Source: a virus (taxonomy: Duplodnaviria; Caudoviricetes). From it: a DNA stretch of 47,755 nucleotides. Numbering within the stretch: the stretch's first letter is position 1; every line of letters starts with the position of its first letter. A program made the position numbers and the translations under genes. The stretch spans positions 1-47,755 of IMG/VR virus record IMGVR_UViG_3300037882_003153; one strand, 5' to 3'. Below the pieces are notes generated by a model that saw only the letters and a program-made list of their open reading frames with translations, was not told the origin of the DNA and made no database searches. Of the stretch, positions 36,164-45,658 are shown piece after piece.

Positions 36164-36302
36164 AATACCTGAAAGTCCTTACAGGCAAGTATTATCGCGA
36201 TCACGATAATACTCCGATCGCCCCAAGTGCCTCCGGCTTCCCCCAAATTGCCTGCGCTGGTTTCAATAGGGGTATTATGCAGATCTGCATAATACCTGAA
36301 AG
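36164..36302. repeat. Twin GATC-centred palindromes GTATTAT-N10-ATAATAC and repeated aatacctgaaag
   Basis: 36188-36213 (one mismatch) and 36271-36296 (perfect, 26 bp). Confidence 0.85.
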
Positions 36303-36319
36303 GTCAACGTCGGGTGTGT

Positions 36320-36784
36320 TCAATACAGCCAATCAATCAGCTTGAAGTTGCCCGTGGGGGTGACACCTGTGGCCCCCACACTTAGCCCGCCCAACTTACC
36401 GATCGCGCCCTTCACGGTCTCGCCCGCCTCGGCGAATTGCTTATCCACAAATTTGGTCAAAACCCCACCCGTGATCCGATCGACATCACGGTAAAGTTTA
36501 TTGCTCGTCACGGTGCCCTTCAGGTCATTGATTGCATTGGCCGACATTGACACGGCGATCGCTTCCATTTCGGCGTAGGTGGGGATTTTGATTTCCTTAC
36601 CGATCGGCAAGTCGCCAAAGATATCCGCGCCATTGGCTTCGTACAATTCGCGCCATTTGGTCACATCACCGAAGGCCCGATCTGCGATGGTCGATAGGGT
36701 CTCGGATGTGTCGAGTACGATCGCTTCTGAATCCTGTGGATAGGGTACTTTGGCGAGTGCGGGGGAATATTCTTGGAGTGCCAT
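36320..36784 (-). CDS. LysM/gpX-like tail protein
   Basis: ETL..IA...GD...WR.L...N.....L..G..I.IP. Confidence 0.85.
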   Translation of the reverse strand: MALQEYSPALAKVPYPQDSEAIVLDTSETLSTIADRAFGDVTKWRELYEANGADIFGDLPIGKEIKIPTYAEMEAIAVSMSANAINDLKGTVTSNKLYRDVDRITGGVLTKFVDKQFAEAGETVKGAIGKLGGLSVGATGVTPTGNFKLIDWLY

Positions 36785-37569
36785 CAGCTTAATTTCTGTC
36801 CTGTGGGTTCAAACTTTTTATTTTTGTAAATTCCAACTGTTCCCAATGCGGTCTTGTCCGCCTTTTTCGCCATGGTGATAATCCCGGCATCATCGGCGGT
36901 CAGTTCATAATCCCCCGCCTTCACCACTTCCTGCAACGATTTCGGTAATTTCGCCAGATTTGCTCTGATCCATTCATCCGCCGCCGCCGTCGCATCGGCC
37001 TTCTGGCGTTCGGTGAGTTTGAGGATTTTTGCCCGTTCCGCCTCAAGCAACCGCGCCCGATCGGTCGGATCGGCATCGCTAGGTGGGATCTCCACAAATT
37101 CCAAATCAATCGTCGCACTACTCACTTCCCCCCCATTCAAAAACGCCTGCTCCACTACTTTTATCGACGTGAGCACGATCGGTTTAATCGTCCGACTACC
37201 CCAGGCAAAGACCAATATTTTCGGCGTGGGTACTGGAGCTTTTGGATCAGCGACAATCAGAGCATCGAGGGAATCAATACTGCGTTGCACCGACTTACCC
37301 AACCAATGCGCTTCTAAGAGCACTTGCACCGTATATCGCTTGCCGCTGGTGTGGGAATATTGAAAGGGCTGTACGGACGTGCCAGGGATTGCGCCTTCGC
37401 TGTAGGTGGCCTTTCTGTCCCAGGATAAGGATTCAGGATTGAGGAGAAATTGGTGATAGATGTCGGCCACATTTTCGGCATTGGCGAGGAGTGCCCAGGT
37501 GCGCGCCGCTGGGGCAACCGCCTGTAGTTGCGGTAATACTTGGGGATTGTAGATAGATCGGGCCATCAC
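36784..37569 (-). CDS. Tail tube initiator (gpU/CIS-tube-like)
   Basis: F..NPE.L...R.A.Y....PG, P..L.F.WG, ..L.F.E; follows the tape measure gene. Confidence 0.75.
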   Translation of the reverse strand: MMARSIYNPQVLPQLQAVAPAARTWALLANAENVADIYHQFLLNPESLSWDRKATYSEGAIPGTSVQPFQYSHTSGKRYTVQVLLEAHWLGKSVQRSIDSLDALIVADPKAPVPTPKILVFAWGSRTIKPIVLTSIKVVEQAFLNGGEVSSATIDLEFVEIPPSDADPTDRARLLEAERAKILKLTERQKADATAAADEWIRANLAKLPKSLQEVVKAGDYELTADDAGIITMAKKADKTALGTVGIYKNKKFEPTGQKLS

Positions 37570-37599
37570 TCACCGCCGTGGGGTTCATGGGTGCGATCG

Positions 37600-39564
37600 T
37601 CAAGCAAACCCCGCTGAATATTGCCGATAGCGCCGATCGAGTTCGCCTAACAAATAATCAATATCGCCCCGATCTGCATTGCCTTGAATGGTAATCACCG
37701 GGGCGAAGGTTCCCCCGCCGCCACGATTGCCCCGAATTAGCCCCGCCATCGCACTTTGTTGCCCTTGGTTGAGGATTGCTTCGGATGAGTTCGCCACAAC
37801 GGGTTTAGCGCCCCCTGGCATTGCTGCCATCTCACGGGCGAGTGGGCTTCCCGGTGGCATCCATCCACCCGCTTTATTCCCGCCGAATAACCCCGATAGC
37901 CATCCAAACGGATTCCATCCGCCTGTAGCTTTTAGCGCCTCGCCCCGCACTTCTAGCCCCTTGTTGACCGTGCCGCCCAACACCGCCCCGCCGATCGCCT
38001 TGCCGATATTGGTATCAGACAGGCCTAAGGTCATCTGCGACATTGTCCGCCCTAATACCCATTTAATAAGGCCAATGAACCCGCCAACTAGGCCATTTAC
38101 AGCGCTTTCAATCGCATTGCCAATTTTTCCGATCGCTGCAAATATGGCCTGCTTGGGATTTTGGACAATCCACAGCAAACTTTGAATGGTCGATGTCACG
38201 CCATTAATCAAATTAATTAAAACCTGGCCAATTTTCTTGGGGATAGATAATATTGCATCAAAAATCCCATTCATGATATTTTCGACCATCTGATAGGCGA
38301 TACCGACCAATGCCGACCCTAATCCCTTAAGTAGGCCAAAGGCGATGCTTCGCGCGATTGCTGCTTGCTTAAATGGCGTCATCGCGGCGATTTTGATTAG
38401 TTGAATACTGGCATGGGTGAGGAATCGCCCAAGCTGAAAGCCGACCGCTTCCCAATTAATATTTTTCATAAATTGATCGACTTTGGCGTAACCCGCATCA
38501 AACAACCCTGCAATGTCCAGCCCCTTGGTATTGGCGAGTTTGTCGGTAAATTTGGTAAAATCTTTGACGAACAGGGTCAGATTATCGACGCCCTGCACCA
38601 ACATTTTCACCGGATCAGCCGACAGCCCTAATCGACTCAGCAGCTTGCCCAGCGAATCCGTCAAGCCACCATCGCCAAATACTGCCTCAGCAAATTTTGC
38701 GATCGACGCTTGCCCAGTCTGATCGCCTGCCTTGATTTTGTCAGTATCTCGGTTCAGTGAGAAAATACCCTCATAGGTGCCAAATAACTTGGTCATAAAA
38801 TTCTGAACTTGGGCGTCGATCGTGCCTTTCATCTTCGCCAGTGCTTCAGGTGGCATGGCGCGTTGAAGTGCTTCGGTCGTAGCTTTGAGCAGTTCCCCTT
38901 TGCTCATCGTCTTGGTGTCACGCCCCCGCAATGCTTTCTCATAGGCGGTGAGAATGGCGGGGTTTTGCTGGAAAAAAGAGTATCGTTTGAGGGCCGAGAT
39001 CGATGCGCCGGATGTCATTTTCTCGATCGCTTTGGCGGTATTGGCCGTGCTGAAATTCTTCCCTTTGAGCACCATCGCCGCTTCGGTAATGTCAGTCAGG
39101 GATTTAGCGTATTTTTCAGCGTTGAACACCCCACCGTTCATGGACTTGGACGATTCGGCGACACTATCCGAAATCATGTTCCCGAATTGAATGAACTCCG
39201 ATGTCACGCCAGGGAGAGCGGCGGCGGATTTCTCCATCGCCGTGGTGACGGTCTTGTTTAATTTTTCCGCTTCGCCAAACGAAATGCCTGCACCCGCAGC
39301 GAGGCCCGCCGATGCTTTGATCGCATCCTGCACTACTACATCGGCATTTTCCAAGGCATTCATAAACGCCTTAGCACCGCCCACAGCCAAAGCGAAGGCT
39401 TTATCAAAGGCCATCCCCATTAACTGCCCTTGGAACGCTCCGGAGCGGGTCTGATTGCCCACATTGCCCAGTTGATTATTGATGCCGCCCAACAGTTTAT
39501 TGATTTTGTCGGAGGCTAAATCCTTGGCATCTAATACGATCGTTATCTTATTGGTTGCCATCAC
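37600..39564 (-). CDS. Tape measure protein
   Basis: I.I...AKD.AS N-terminus, amphipathic repeats, ANSSE.IL and API.I.G C-terminus; synteny. Confidence 0.85.
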   Translation of the reverse strand: MMATNKITIVLDAKDLASDKINKLLGGINNQLGNVGNQTRSGAFQGQLMGMAFDKAFALAVGGAKAFMNALENADVVVQDAIKASAGLAAGAGISFGEAEKLNKTVTTAMEKSAAALPGVTSEFIQFGNMISDSVAESSKSMNGGVFNAEKYAKSLTDITEAAMVLKGKNFSTANTAKAIEKMTSGASISALKRYSFFQQNPAILTAYEKALRGRDTKTMSKGELLKATTEALQRAMPPEALAKMKGTIDAQVQNFMTKLFGTYEGIFSLNRDTDKIKAGDQTGQASIAKFAEAVFGDGGLTDSLGKLLSRLGLSADPVKMLVQGVDNLTLFVKDFTKFTDKLANTKGLDIAGLFDAGYAKVDQFMKNINWEAVGFQLGRFLTHASIQLIKIAAMTPFKQAAIARSIAFGLLKGLGSALVGIAYQMVENIMNGIFDAILSIPKKIGQVLINLINGVTSTIQSLLWIVQNPKQAIFAAIGKIGNAIESAVNGLVGGFIGLIKWVLGRTMSQMTLGLSDTNIGKAIGGAVLGGTVNKGLEVRGEALKATGGWNPFGWLSGLFGGNKAGGWMPPGSPLAREMAAMPGGAKPVVANSSEAILNQGQQSAMAGLIRGNRGGGGTFAPVITIQGNADRGDIDYLLGELDRRYRQYSAGFA

Positions 39565-39746
39565 TCCTCCTTGGGTTTACGCATTTCTTGGACTCTGACC
39601 CACCGATCGCGATGTTGCCAAAACCGGACGATCGGCATTTTCATGAATGTGAAATAGGCGGGATTATAATCCCCACCGACCATTGCCAAGGCTTCAATCT
39701 GGATCGCTTCCGCCGTCGTCGTCGTTCCCAGTAGCGTCAGCATCAC
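39561..39746 (-). CDS. Tail assembly chaperone extension (gpT-like), probably made by frameshift
   Basis: Overlaps the chaperone in the +1 frame; F..MP....W; abuts the tape measure start. Confidence 0.65.
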   Translation of the reverse strand: MMLTLLGTTTTAEAIQIEALAMVGGDYNPAYFTFMKMPIVRFWQHRDRWVRVQEMRKPKEE

Positions 39747-40107
39747 CGCTTCCGTCGTCGAAAATATCGTTAAGTCGAAAGTATTGCGCCACGGCGGCGA
39801 ACACCTCCATTACGGACTTAAACTGACGAGCGGGCAGTCGGCGGAGGGTTTCAAGTTCGATACCGTCATCGCCATCACCGACCCGCACACATAGCAAACT
39901 CAGCATTTTATAGGCGAGTCCAGTGGGCGAAACGCTTCCGTCATAGTCAATGCGGAACTGTTCGAGGCGTTCCATGTCCTCACCAATCATGTCGCGAAAT
40001 TCGGCGGTGCGGCCATCAATCCAAGGGATTTGGATGTTGCCGTTTTCCAGTTCGGTGACGGTGATTTCGACTTTATCTGATTGGGCTTTGGCGGGTTTAG
40101 CAGGCAT
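39694..40107 (-). CDS. Tail assembly chaperone (gpG/gpE-like)
   Basis: Position between tube and tape measure; R...G.D and L..L...F pattern. Confidence 0.75.
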   Translation of the reverse strand: MPAKPAKAQSDKVEITVTELENGNIQIPWIDGRTAEFRDMIGEDMERLEQFRIDYDGSVSPTGLAYKMLSLLCVRVGDGDDGIELETLRRLPARQFKSVMEVFAAVAQYFRLNDIFDDGSGDADATGNDDDGGSDPD

Positions 40108-40169
40108 AAAAAAGACGTTGATAGGATTTCAATCCTGCCAACGTCCAAACCTATCAGGGGCGCGATTGT

Positions 40170-40571
40170 CTAAATGACACTTTGACCTTCGACGCCCCGG
40201 CTTACCCGCTTTGCTGTTCGGGATAACAGCGCATCCATTGCTGCAATAACCCCATCAAGCGCCGCTTGATTCTCATCACAGGCAAAATCGCCCGCTTGGA
40301 AACATTCAAGCCGATCACGCACGATCGCCAGCAATGATTCGTTGCTGATGCCATTTACACCAGATTCCAAGACCGGCCCGTCCTGGAACTTGACCCGGCA
40401 AACCGCCCGCGCCAACCGTGACGCCGCACTAGGATTTGATTCATTGGCGGTTTCAACTGGCTCAATCTGGTAAATATGACAACCCCCGCCATTGCCGGGA
40501 TTGTCCAGTACGTTGATTTTTAGGACTTCATTCAAGCCCTCGACTTCGTGAGTATGGATTTGCCGTTTCAT
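40170..40571 (-). CDS. tad1: Tad1-like anti-Thoeris/anti-CBASS sponge protein
   Basis: G.GG..H.Y, KFQ.G, G.....LL.IVRDRL..FQAG.F...EN..AL and R...R..R.V.G match recalled Tad1 motifs. Confidence 0.8.
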   Translation of the reverse strand: MKRQIHTHEVEGLNEVLKINVLDNPGNGGGCHIYQIEPVETANESNPSAASRLARAVCRVKFQDGPVLESGVNGISNESLLAIVRDRLECFQAGDFACDENQAALDGVIAAMDALLSRTAKRVSRGVEGQSVI

Positions 40572-40593
40572 GTTTTTAGCCCTGGGTGATATG

Positions 40594-41049
40594 TTACGCG
40601 GCGGTGCGAGTCTCGTCGATCGCGTCTACCGTGAATTCGAGTTCATACATCGCCACATCGGTGCTCTCCAGATCCATATCGGGATACCGCTCTTCAATCA
40701 GCTGACAACCTTTCCAACCACGCGGCGAACCGATCGGGGTTTGGGTGGCATCATCCTTGATCATCTGCGATGTGATATTCGTTTCCTCAGTCGCGCCCGT
40801 GAGCAACGATTGCGCCAACGTCATCACCGCCGCCAGGTTTTCCGGTTCGTAGGGGGCTTTGAGAATCAGATTACTAATCTCTTTAGTGGATACGATCGAC
40901 ACTTTGGTGCGGGTTGTGGGGTCAACATATTTGCCCGTTTCCCGCTTCAGATTCCCACCCTCGCAGGCCGAAAATAAGAAATCAATCCCGTTCATTTTAA
41001 TCAGGAATTGCGACTTGGCTGCCGCCCGCTTTTGCTTAGTCCGTGGCAT
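40594..41049 (-). CDS. Tail tube protein
   Basis: Follows the sheath; F..C.GG and P..D.ES...A..E.E gp19-like pattern. Confidence 0.85.
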   Translation of the reverse strand: MPRTKQKRAAAKSQFLIKMNGIDFLFSACEGGNLKRETGKYVDPTTRTKVSIVSTKEISNLILKAPYEPENLAAVMTLAQSLLTGATEETNITSQMIKDDATQTPIGSPRGWKGCQLIEERYPDMDLESTDVAMYELEFTVDAIDETRTAA

Positions 41050-41065
41050 TTTTTGTTACCTCAAA

Positions 41066-42415
41066 TTAGTTGGATGCGCTGGATTCTTTGGGTTCGGCGG
41101 CCTTCTTGTCTTCGGTGTTACCCTCGCCAGTGACAAGCGCCACCACCAACGACACCTGGCCGACCGCCGTAGGTTTCACGGTGATAAATAACCGCTCCAT
41201 AATCGGCGTGATGGCAACATACACATCGGCGACCACAATGCCGTTTTGCAGGTCTGCCAACAGGTTATTTTTTAGGTCGCAGATAACGCCATAGGCATCA
41301 GTCGGCGCAATCCCAAACAGCGCCCCGCCTTTCCACAGCCGATAACAAACCGATGTGATGGTTTCCTGGACTCGCAGCAACAATTCACCAGACGACCCGA
41401 TCGAGCTAAACAAATCCGCATCAAATGCTGATTGTAGAGTGGTCTCCAGGACGTTCAAGATCACGCGCTCATGAATAAATTGCGTCCGTTTTTCGGTGCT
41501 TCGAGTCCGCGCACCCCAGCAAACCACGCCCAACCCGTAAAGATTGCGAACCAGGTTACAGCCCAAGGGGTTAAGCACTTCTTGATCACTGTCAGTAAAT
41601 TTGATCAGCGTATCCACCGCGCCGCGCAATTGGTATTTACCGCCCGCCGGGGGCTGATTAAAGCCTTCCTGGCGATAGCGACGATTCGCAATCCCGGCGA
41701 TAAATGGCGATGACGGGATAGATCGGTTGGTCGTGTCTTTGATGTAGCCAGCGTAATAGGCCAGGTGGCCCCGTTCGGAGGTGTAGAGCGCCACCTCAGT
41801 TTGCGTCTTGGCAAACGTATCCACCGCACCCGTACCCGTCGAAGGGCCGGAATCAGTGAGCGCCAATAAATTGTAAGTAACAGCAATATCCCGCATCGCG
41901 ATCGCCACCGCCGTCCGATCGGCCTGCGCCGTCAGTAATTCAAATGCCTGCGGCGCGATCAGGAAACCCTTTGGCAGATACCGGTCGAAGATTTTTCCGA
42001 TTGAGGTGACGTATTCGGCGCTTGTCGCGGATGGGATCGATACGGTCATCCCGGCAGTTACAGGTGCGCCATTGTAGGTCAATGGCGCACCATTGACGGT
42101 AACGGCATTCACCGAGGCTGCCGAATTTGCATCGACAAAATACAGTACGCCCGCCGATGTGCCGCCGTACCCTTGCCCAGCGTTCTGAAAGTACGCCCAA
42201 ATACTTTTCTCGGAGGGTGACGCTGCCCCGAATTTAAGAATGAAATCTTCGACCGAATTGACCTTCACGGCGGTATCTTTGGCGGTATTGCTTCCGCCTA
42301 CGCCCGCCGTGCCGATCATGTAGCAGGCGGCGAAACTCGCCAAATCGGTGGGGTTGATCCCAGCGGAACCCTCATTAACGTAGGTGCCGGGGGATTTGAT
42401 ATCGAGTAATGGCAT
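41066..42415 (-). CDS. Tail sheath protein
   Basis: PG.YV.E, PSS..AG, PPAG, LNP.G.N..R....G...WGART. Confidence 0.95.
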   Translation of the reverse strand: MPLLDIKSPGTYVNEGSAGINPTDLASFAACYMIGTAGVGGSNTAKDTAVKVNSVEDFILKFGAASPSEKSIWAYFQNAGQGYGGTSAGVLYFVDANSAASVNAVTVNGAPLTYNGAPVTAGMTVSIPSATSAEYVTSIGKIFDRYLPKGFLIAPQAFELLTAQADRTAVAIAMRDIAVTYNLLALTDSGPSTGTGAVDTFAKTQTEVALYTSERGHLAYYAGYIKDTTNRSIPSSPFIAGIANRRYRQEGFNQPPAGGKYQLRGAVDTLIKFTDSDQEVLNPLGCNLVRNLYGLGVVCWGARTRSTEKRTQFIHERVILNVLETTLQSAFDADLFSSIGSSGELLLRVQETITSVCYRLWKGGALFGIAPTDAYGVICDLKNNLLADLQNGIVVADVYVAITPIMERLFITVKPTAVGQVSLVVALVTGEGNTEDKKAAEPKESSASN

Positions 42416-43047
42416 TAAGTGATCTCCAGCAATCTATCGAGAATGTAGGTATTGGGTTTCATCGTGATCGGGCTATCACTGCGATTGACCTTGATCGTTA
42501 GCCTGGTGAAATCAACAGGCGGATCGATGACACCGATCGGGGGTTGCAATACACCATTGGTTTCGATGTCTTCCTGGGCACGGCTAATAAATTTGATACG
42601 GAATTCCGGTTTGGCAATAATCAACCAATCGCCATCCTCACCTTCCACCCGGCCCAACCCCGCCACATCATTAACCATTTCGGTTTCGATGCCGATAATG
42701 TCTTCCCATATTTCGCTTGGGTATCGGGCGGCACGTTCACACAAATAATTCACCACCAATTCGACCGCACCCATGGGGAGTTGGTGTTTCGACATGTTGC
42801 CGCTGAATCGATACAAGATCAGGTATTGCAGCAATGCCTCTGCCTCAATCTCGAGATTGCCGCCCTTGCGCACGATCAGATCGCGCACAGGCAGTTCGAT
42901 CGCGCAGTTGGCGGGGAATCGTTTATCCACCCCAGCGACGGCCATTACTCTCGCCACATTGGGCGGGACATCCAGATCCCAAGATTGGATTGAGATAAAT
43001 CGCTCAATCCAGGTGCGGATATTATTTCGGAGAATTCGGACTGACAT
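42415..43047 (-). CDS. Probable tail terminator / neck protein
   Basis: Synteny directly upstream of the sheath. Confidence 0.6.
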   Translation of the reverse strand: MSVRILRNNIRTWIERFISIQSWDLDVPPNVARVMAVAGVDKRFPANCAIELPVRDLIVRKGGNLEIEAEALLQYLILYRFSGNMSKHQLPMGAVELVVNYLCERAARYPSEIWEDIIGIETEMVNDVAGLGRVEGEDGDWLIIAKPEFRIKFISRAQEDIETNGVLQPPIGVIDPPVDFTRLTIKVNRSDSPITMKPNTYILDRLLEIT

Positions 43048-43049
43048 AA

Positions 43050-43595
43050 TTAATAGCCCCCATAACTTCCAGTGGCGATCGCCGTGGAGGCCCGATCGCT
43101 CCATTCCCGCAACACGATCGACCAAGCCAACAAATTCTTTGGCTCATCCTTAATGAAGATTGATTTGAGGATGATTCCCCCCATGGGTAATCCATCGGTG
43201 TCATAGCAGGGATTCCCGATGCTATCGGTTTCGTAATCCATTGCCCACCATTGGACATCCTTGGTCAGAAATTCACGGGTGTAGCTGCGTGGAATGCCCT
43301 TGGCCAGCCAATCATTAGCGGCGATTTCGATGCCCGCCGCGCCTGCTCCGCCGAGATTGAGGCCGATCAGATCACGGCCCGGAGTGCTAATGCTATGGCA
43401 CACCAAAATGTGATCGGTGTGGCAGGGTTTGGCTAGGTTGTCAGCATCCAAGACCGTGCGCCGAATCATTAGGCGGTGGGACGCTTGGGGAACGCCAAAC
43501 CGCACTGGCAAGCGTTTCGATAGGCGAGTATAAAGGCCATCACGCCCGTTGATTTCTTGATTTTCAATGAACCGATCGACGAGTTTCTTAGCCAT
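43050..43595 (-). CDS. Probable head-tail joining protein
   Basis: Synteny in the neck module. Confidence 0.5.
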   Translation of the reverse strand: MAKKLVDRFIENQEINGRDGLYTRLSKRLPVRFGVPQASHRLMIRRTVLDADNLAKPCHTDHILVCHSISTPGRDLIGLNLGGAGAAGIEIAANDWLAKGIPRSYTREFLTKDVQWWAMDYETDSIGNPCYDTDGLPMGGIILKSIFIKDEPKNLLAWSIVLREWSDRASTAIATGSYGGY

Positions 43596-43941
43596 TTTCC
43601 ACCGCCGCCACTACGAATTTTTCGATCATTTGGCCGTAGTAATTCGAGATCTCAGGCAGGGAATTACGGGCCATAAATCGCCCGCTCATCCGGCTGGTGC
43701 CACCTTCGACCCATGCGCTATACAAAACCTCGTTCCAAATCTTCCGATCGTCGGTGAGGTAATGCCAGGATTTGCGGAGCAATCCGGTATCGACTGGCGT
43801 CCGCTCCTTCACTACGGATGTACCGTAGATCAGGGTTTCACGGGTGGCTTGTTTGAGTCCCCGCTTTACCTTGTCAGAGCCACGGAATACCGGAGCATTG
43901 CGCGTATCGACTGAATAATTAATCTGGATTGCCATTACCAA
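43588..43941 (-). CDS. HK97 gp10-like tail completion protein
   Basis: TPVDTG.LR.SW...N...Y...VE.GTSRM. Confidence 0.9.
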   Translation of the reverse strand: MVMAIQINYSVDTRNAPVFRGSDKVKRGLKQATRETLIYGTSVVKERTPVDTGLLRKSWHYLTDDRKIWNEVLYSAWVEGGTSRMSGRFMARNSLPEISNYYGQMIEKFVVAAVENG

Positions 43942-44306
43942 TACGCCAGCGCAACCGCACCGCCCCCAACGCCGCCATACTTGCTAAATGCACCATCAAG
44001 CGCTCGCACTCCGGTTAGCGTGGCGATTTCCATGATCAGCATTCGGGCTTGACCCCGCAACATGGCGTAATGTTGGCGATAATTCAACACCAATTCGCCG
44101 ACCTCTTTCGCCATCGTATCGGGCAAACTGGCGAAAATTTGCTTGTCGATATTTTCAATTTGGGTAAGAATTGTTCCCACCCGATCGATGACCGTATCGG
44201 GAAAATCCTGCTCTGATAGATTACTCAAATAGATGCGCGTATAGGGCGCGGTGTAGCCCAATACGCGCAAGATTTCGTGGGAATCATCAGTATCAAATAA
44301 GGCCAT
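43935..44306 (-). CDS. Probable head-tail adaptor
   Basis: Helical ~120 aa, K.VG.L motif, synteny. Confidence 0.55.
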   Translation of the reverse strand: MALFDTDDSHEILRVLGYTAPYTRIYLSNLSEQDFPDTVIDRVGTILTQIENIDKQIFASLPDTMAKEVGELVLNYRQHYAMLRGQARMLIMEIATLTGVRALDGAFSKYGGVGGGAVALAYW

Positions 44307-44321
44307 CGATCGGGACTCCGA

Positions 44322-44576
44322 TTATTCCGCCGTGGGTTCCAAACTGGCTTCGATATCGATTTCGTCGCCCTTAGTTTTCTTGCTGGGCTTCTGAGGTTTG
44401 GGTTCGGGTTCGGGCTTCACTTCGCCAGCGGCTTTCACCTCGGCGAGGGTCGCCACAAATTCGGGCATATCATTCAGCATGATAAATTTGGCTTGGCGGG
44501 CGGCATCGGCCAAGCCCGACCCTTTTCGTAGCTCAATTTCGGCGAGTGTCAGGAATAGGCGTTCGGTCGCATCCAT
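44322..44576 (-). CDS. Hypothetical protein after the capsid gene
   Basis: MDATERL... with Pro/Lys-rich tail; start moved to avoid overlap with the capsid gene. Confidence 0.55.
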   Translation of the reverse strand: MDATERLFLTLAEIELRKGSGLADAARQAKFIMLNDMPEFVATLAEVKAAGEVKPEPEPKPQKPSKKTKGDEIDIEASLEPTAE

Positions 44577-44634
44577 CGGAATACCTGCAAATGAATATGG
44601 TGAAGGGGCTTCACCGGAAGCCCCTGGGGTGGAA

Positions 44635-45642
44635 TTAAAGCGTTTGGATGATGTCACGCACGATCGCGACATATTTCGGCTGCTTAATCCAAAGCTGTGG
44701 CTTCACAGCGATTTCAATCTCAATCTTGTCCGGGTTACGGTTAGGGATTTCGGAGATGATGAAATTCATCCCGTAGGTGTTCTCGCCCTTCGTCACGGCC
44801 TTGATTGTCCGGCCATTGCGAACCACATCATTCGCCGCAAACGTCCGCAACTCAATGCCACGACTGTTTAAGAAATACATCGAGCCATTGGGGCACTGCG
44901 GATCGGAATAGAGTTCCACACCGTTGTAGGAAGCGCCGATAAAGCCGATATCGGCTTGCGGGCGAGCGCCACCAACGACGTTGTAACCCCGATCGGAGCT
45001 GAACAACGAAGTGTACTTTTTGACAATTTCCGGCGTGGTAATGATTTTGTCGTAAGCCACCCCCTTCCGCTGTTGGTTCACGTCCACTTTCTCAAACATG
45101 GCACGGGTAAGCGCTCGGCCTGTGCCTGCGTTCGCGTCCATGTAAGCGACCCATTCGGTGTATGTAGCTTTAGCCAACCCAGCGTATGAAGCCGCATCGA
45201 ACGCCTGATTAAGGCCAAAGATGCCGCGACTGGTAGCGGTACCGTCACCCGTGTAAAGCAGGGTGGACAAGCCGTTAAGAATCACTTCATAGGCGGTTTC
45301 CACCTCCAACTGCAATTCCTGCTGCACCGCACCTTCGCCAATGGCGGAAAGTTCGGTCAAACGATCGATATTGAGTTCCATATTGTACGAAACAACATGG
45401 TCACCGATCGCCAAAACGGCCTTTTTGTAGACATCCACGGGATCTTTAGTCGTGGAAACGTCGGCGGTGACAGCACGACCACCGACAACGGCACCGCCCA
45501 CATTGGCGCGCCATTCAACGGATAGTTGTTTCTGATCCCGCTTGGGCATCATATTGAGCAGGGCGGCGGGACGAAATGGCACCTTTTGGATATCCAATTC
45601 GGCGAACTGTTTGCGTACCGCTTCAACGAGAGTAATTGCCAT
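44635..45642 (-). CDS. Major capsid protein (HK97 fold)
   Basis: LYTGDG......GL, YNGV....D..CP.G.MYFLN; follows the scaffold gene. Confidence 0.88.
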   Translation of the reverse strand: MAITLVEAVRKQFAELDIQKVPFRPAALLNMMPKRDQKQLSVEWRANVGGAVVGGRAVTADVSTTKDPVDVYKKAVLAIGDHVVSYNMELNIDRLTELSAIGEGAVQQELQLEVETAYEVILNGLSTLLYTGDGTATSRGIFGLNQAFDAASYAGLAKATYTEWVAYMDANAGTGRALTRAMFEKVDVNQQRKGVAYDKIITTPEIVKKYTSLFSSDRGYNVVGGARPQADIGFIGASYNGVELYSDPQCPNGSMYFLNSRGIELRTFAANDVVRNGRTIKAVTKGENTYGMNFIISEIPNRNPDKIEIEIAVKPQLWIKQPKYVAIVRDIIQTL

Positions 45643-45658
45643 GGTTCCTTAAATGGGG

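Larger units (their letters stand above)
33131..36322. repeat. 21-bp inverted repeat pair (33131-33151 and 36302-36322)
   Basis: TGAACACACCCG(G/A)CGTTGACC, 20/21 identical, inverted. Confidence 0.85.

Noticed and set aside
28834-42415. eCIS/T6SS/tailocin rather than phage
   Set aside because: Capsid, scaffold, neck, terminase and replication genes are present
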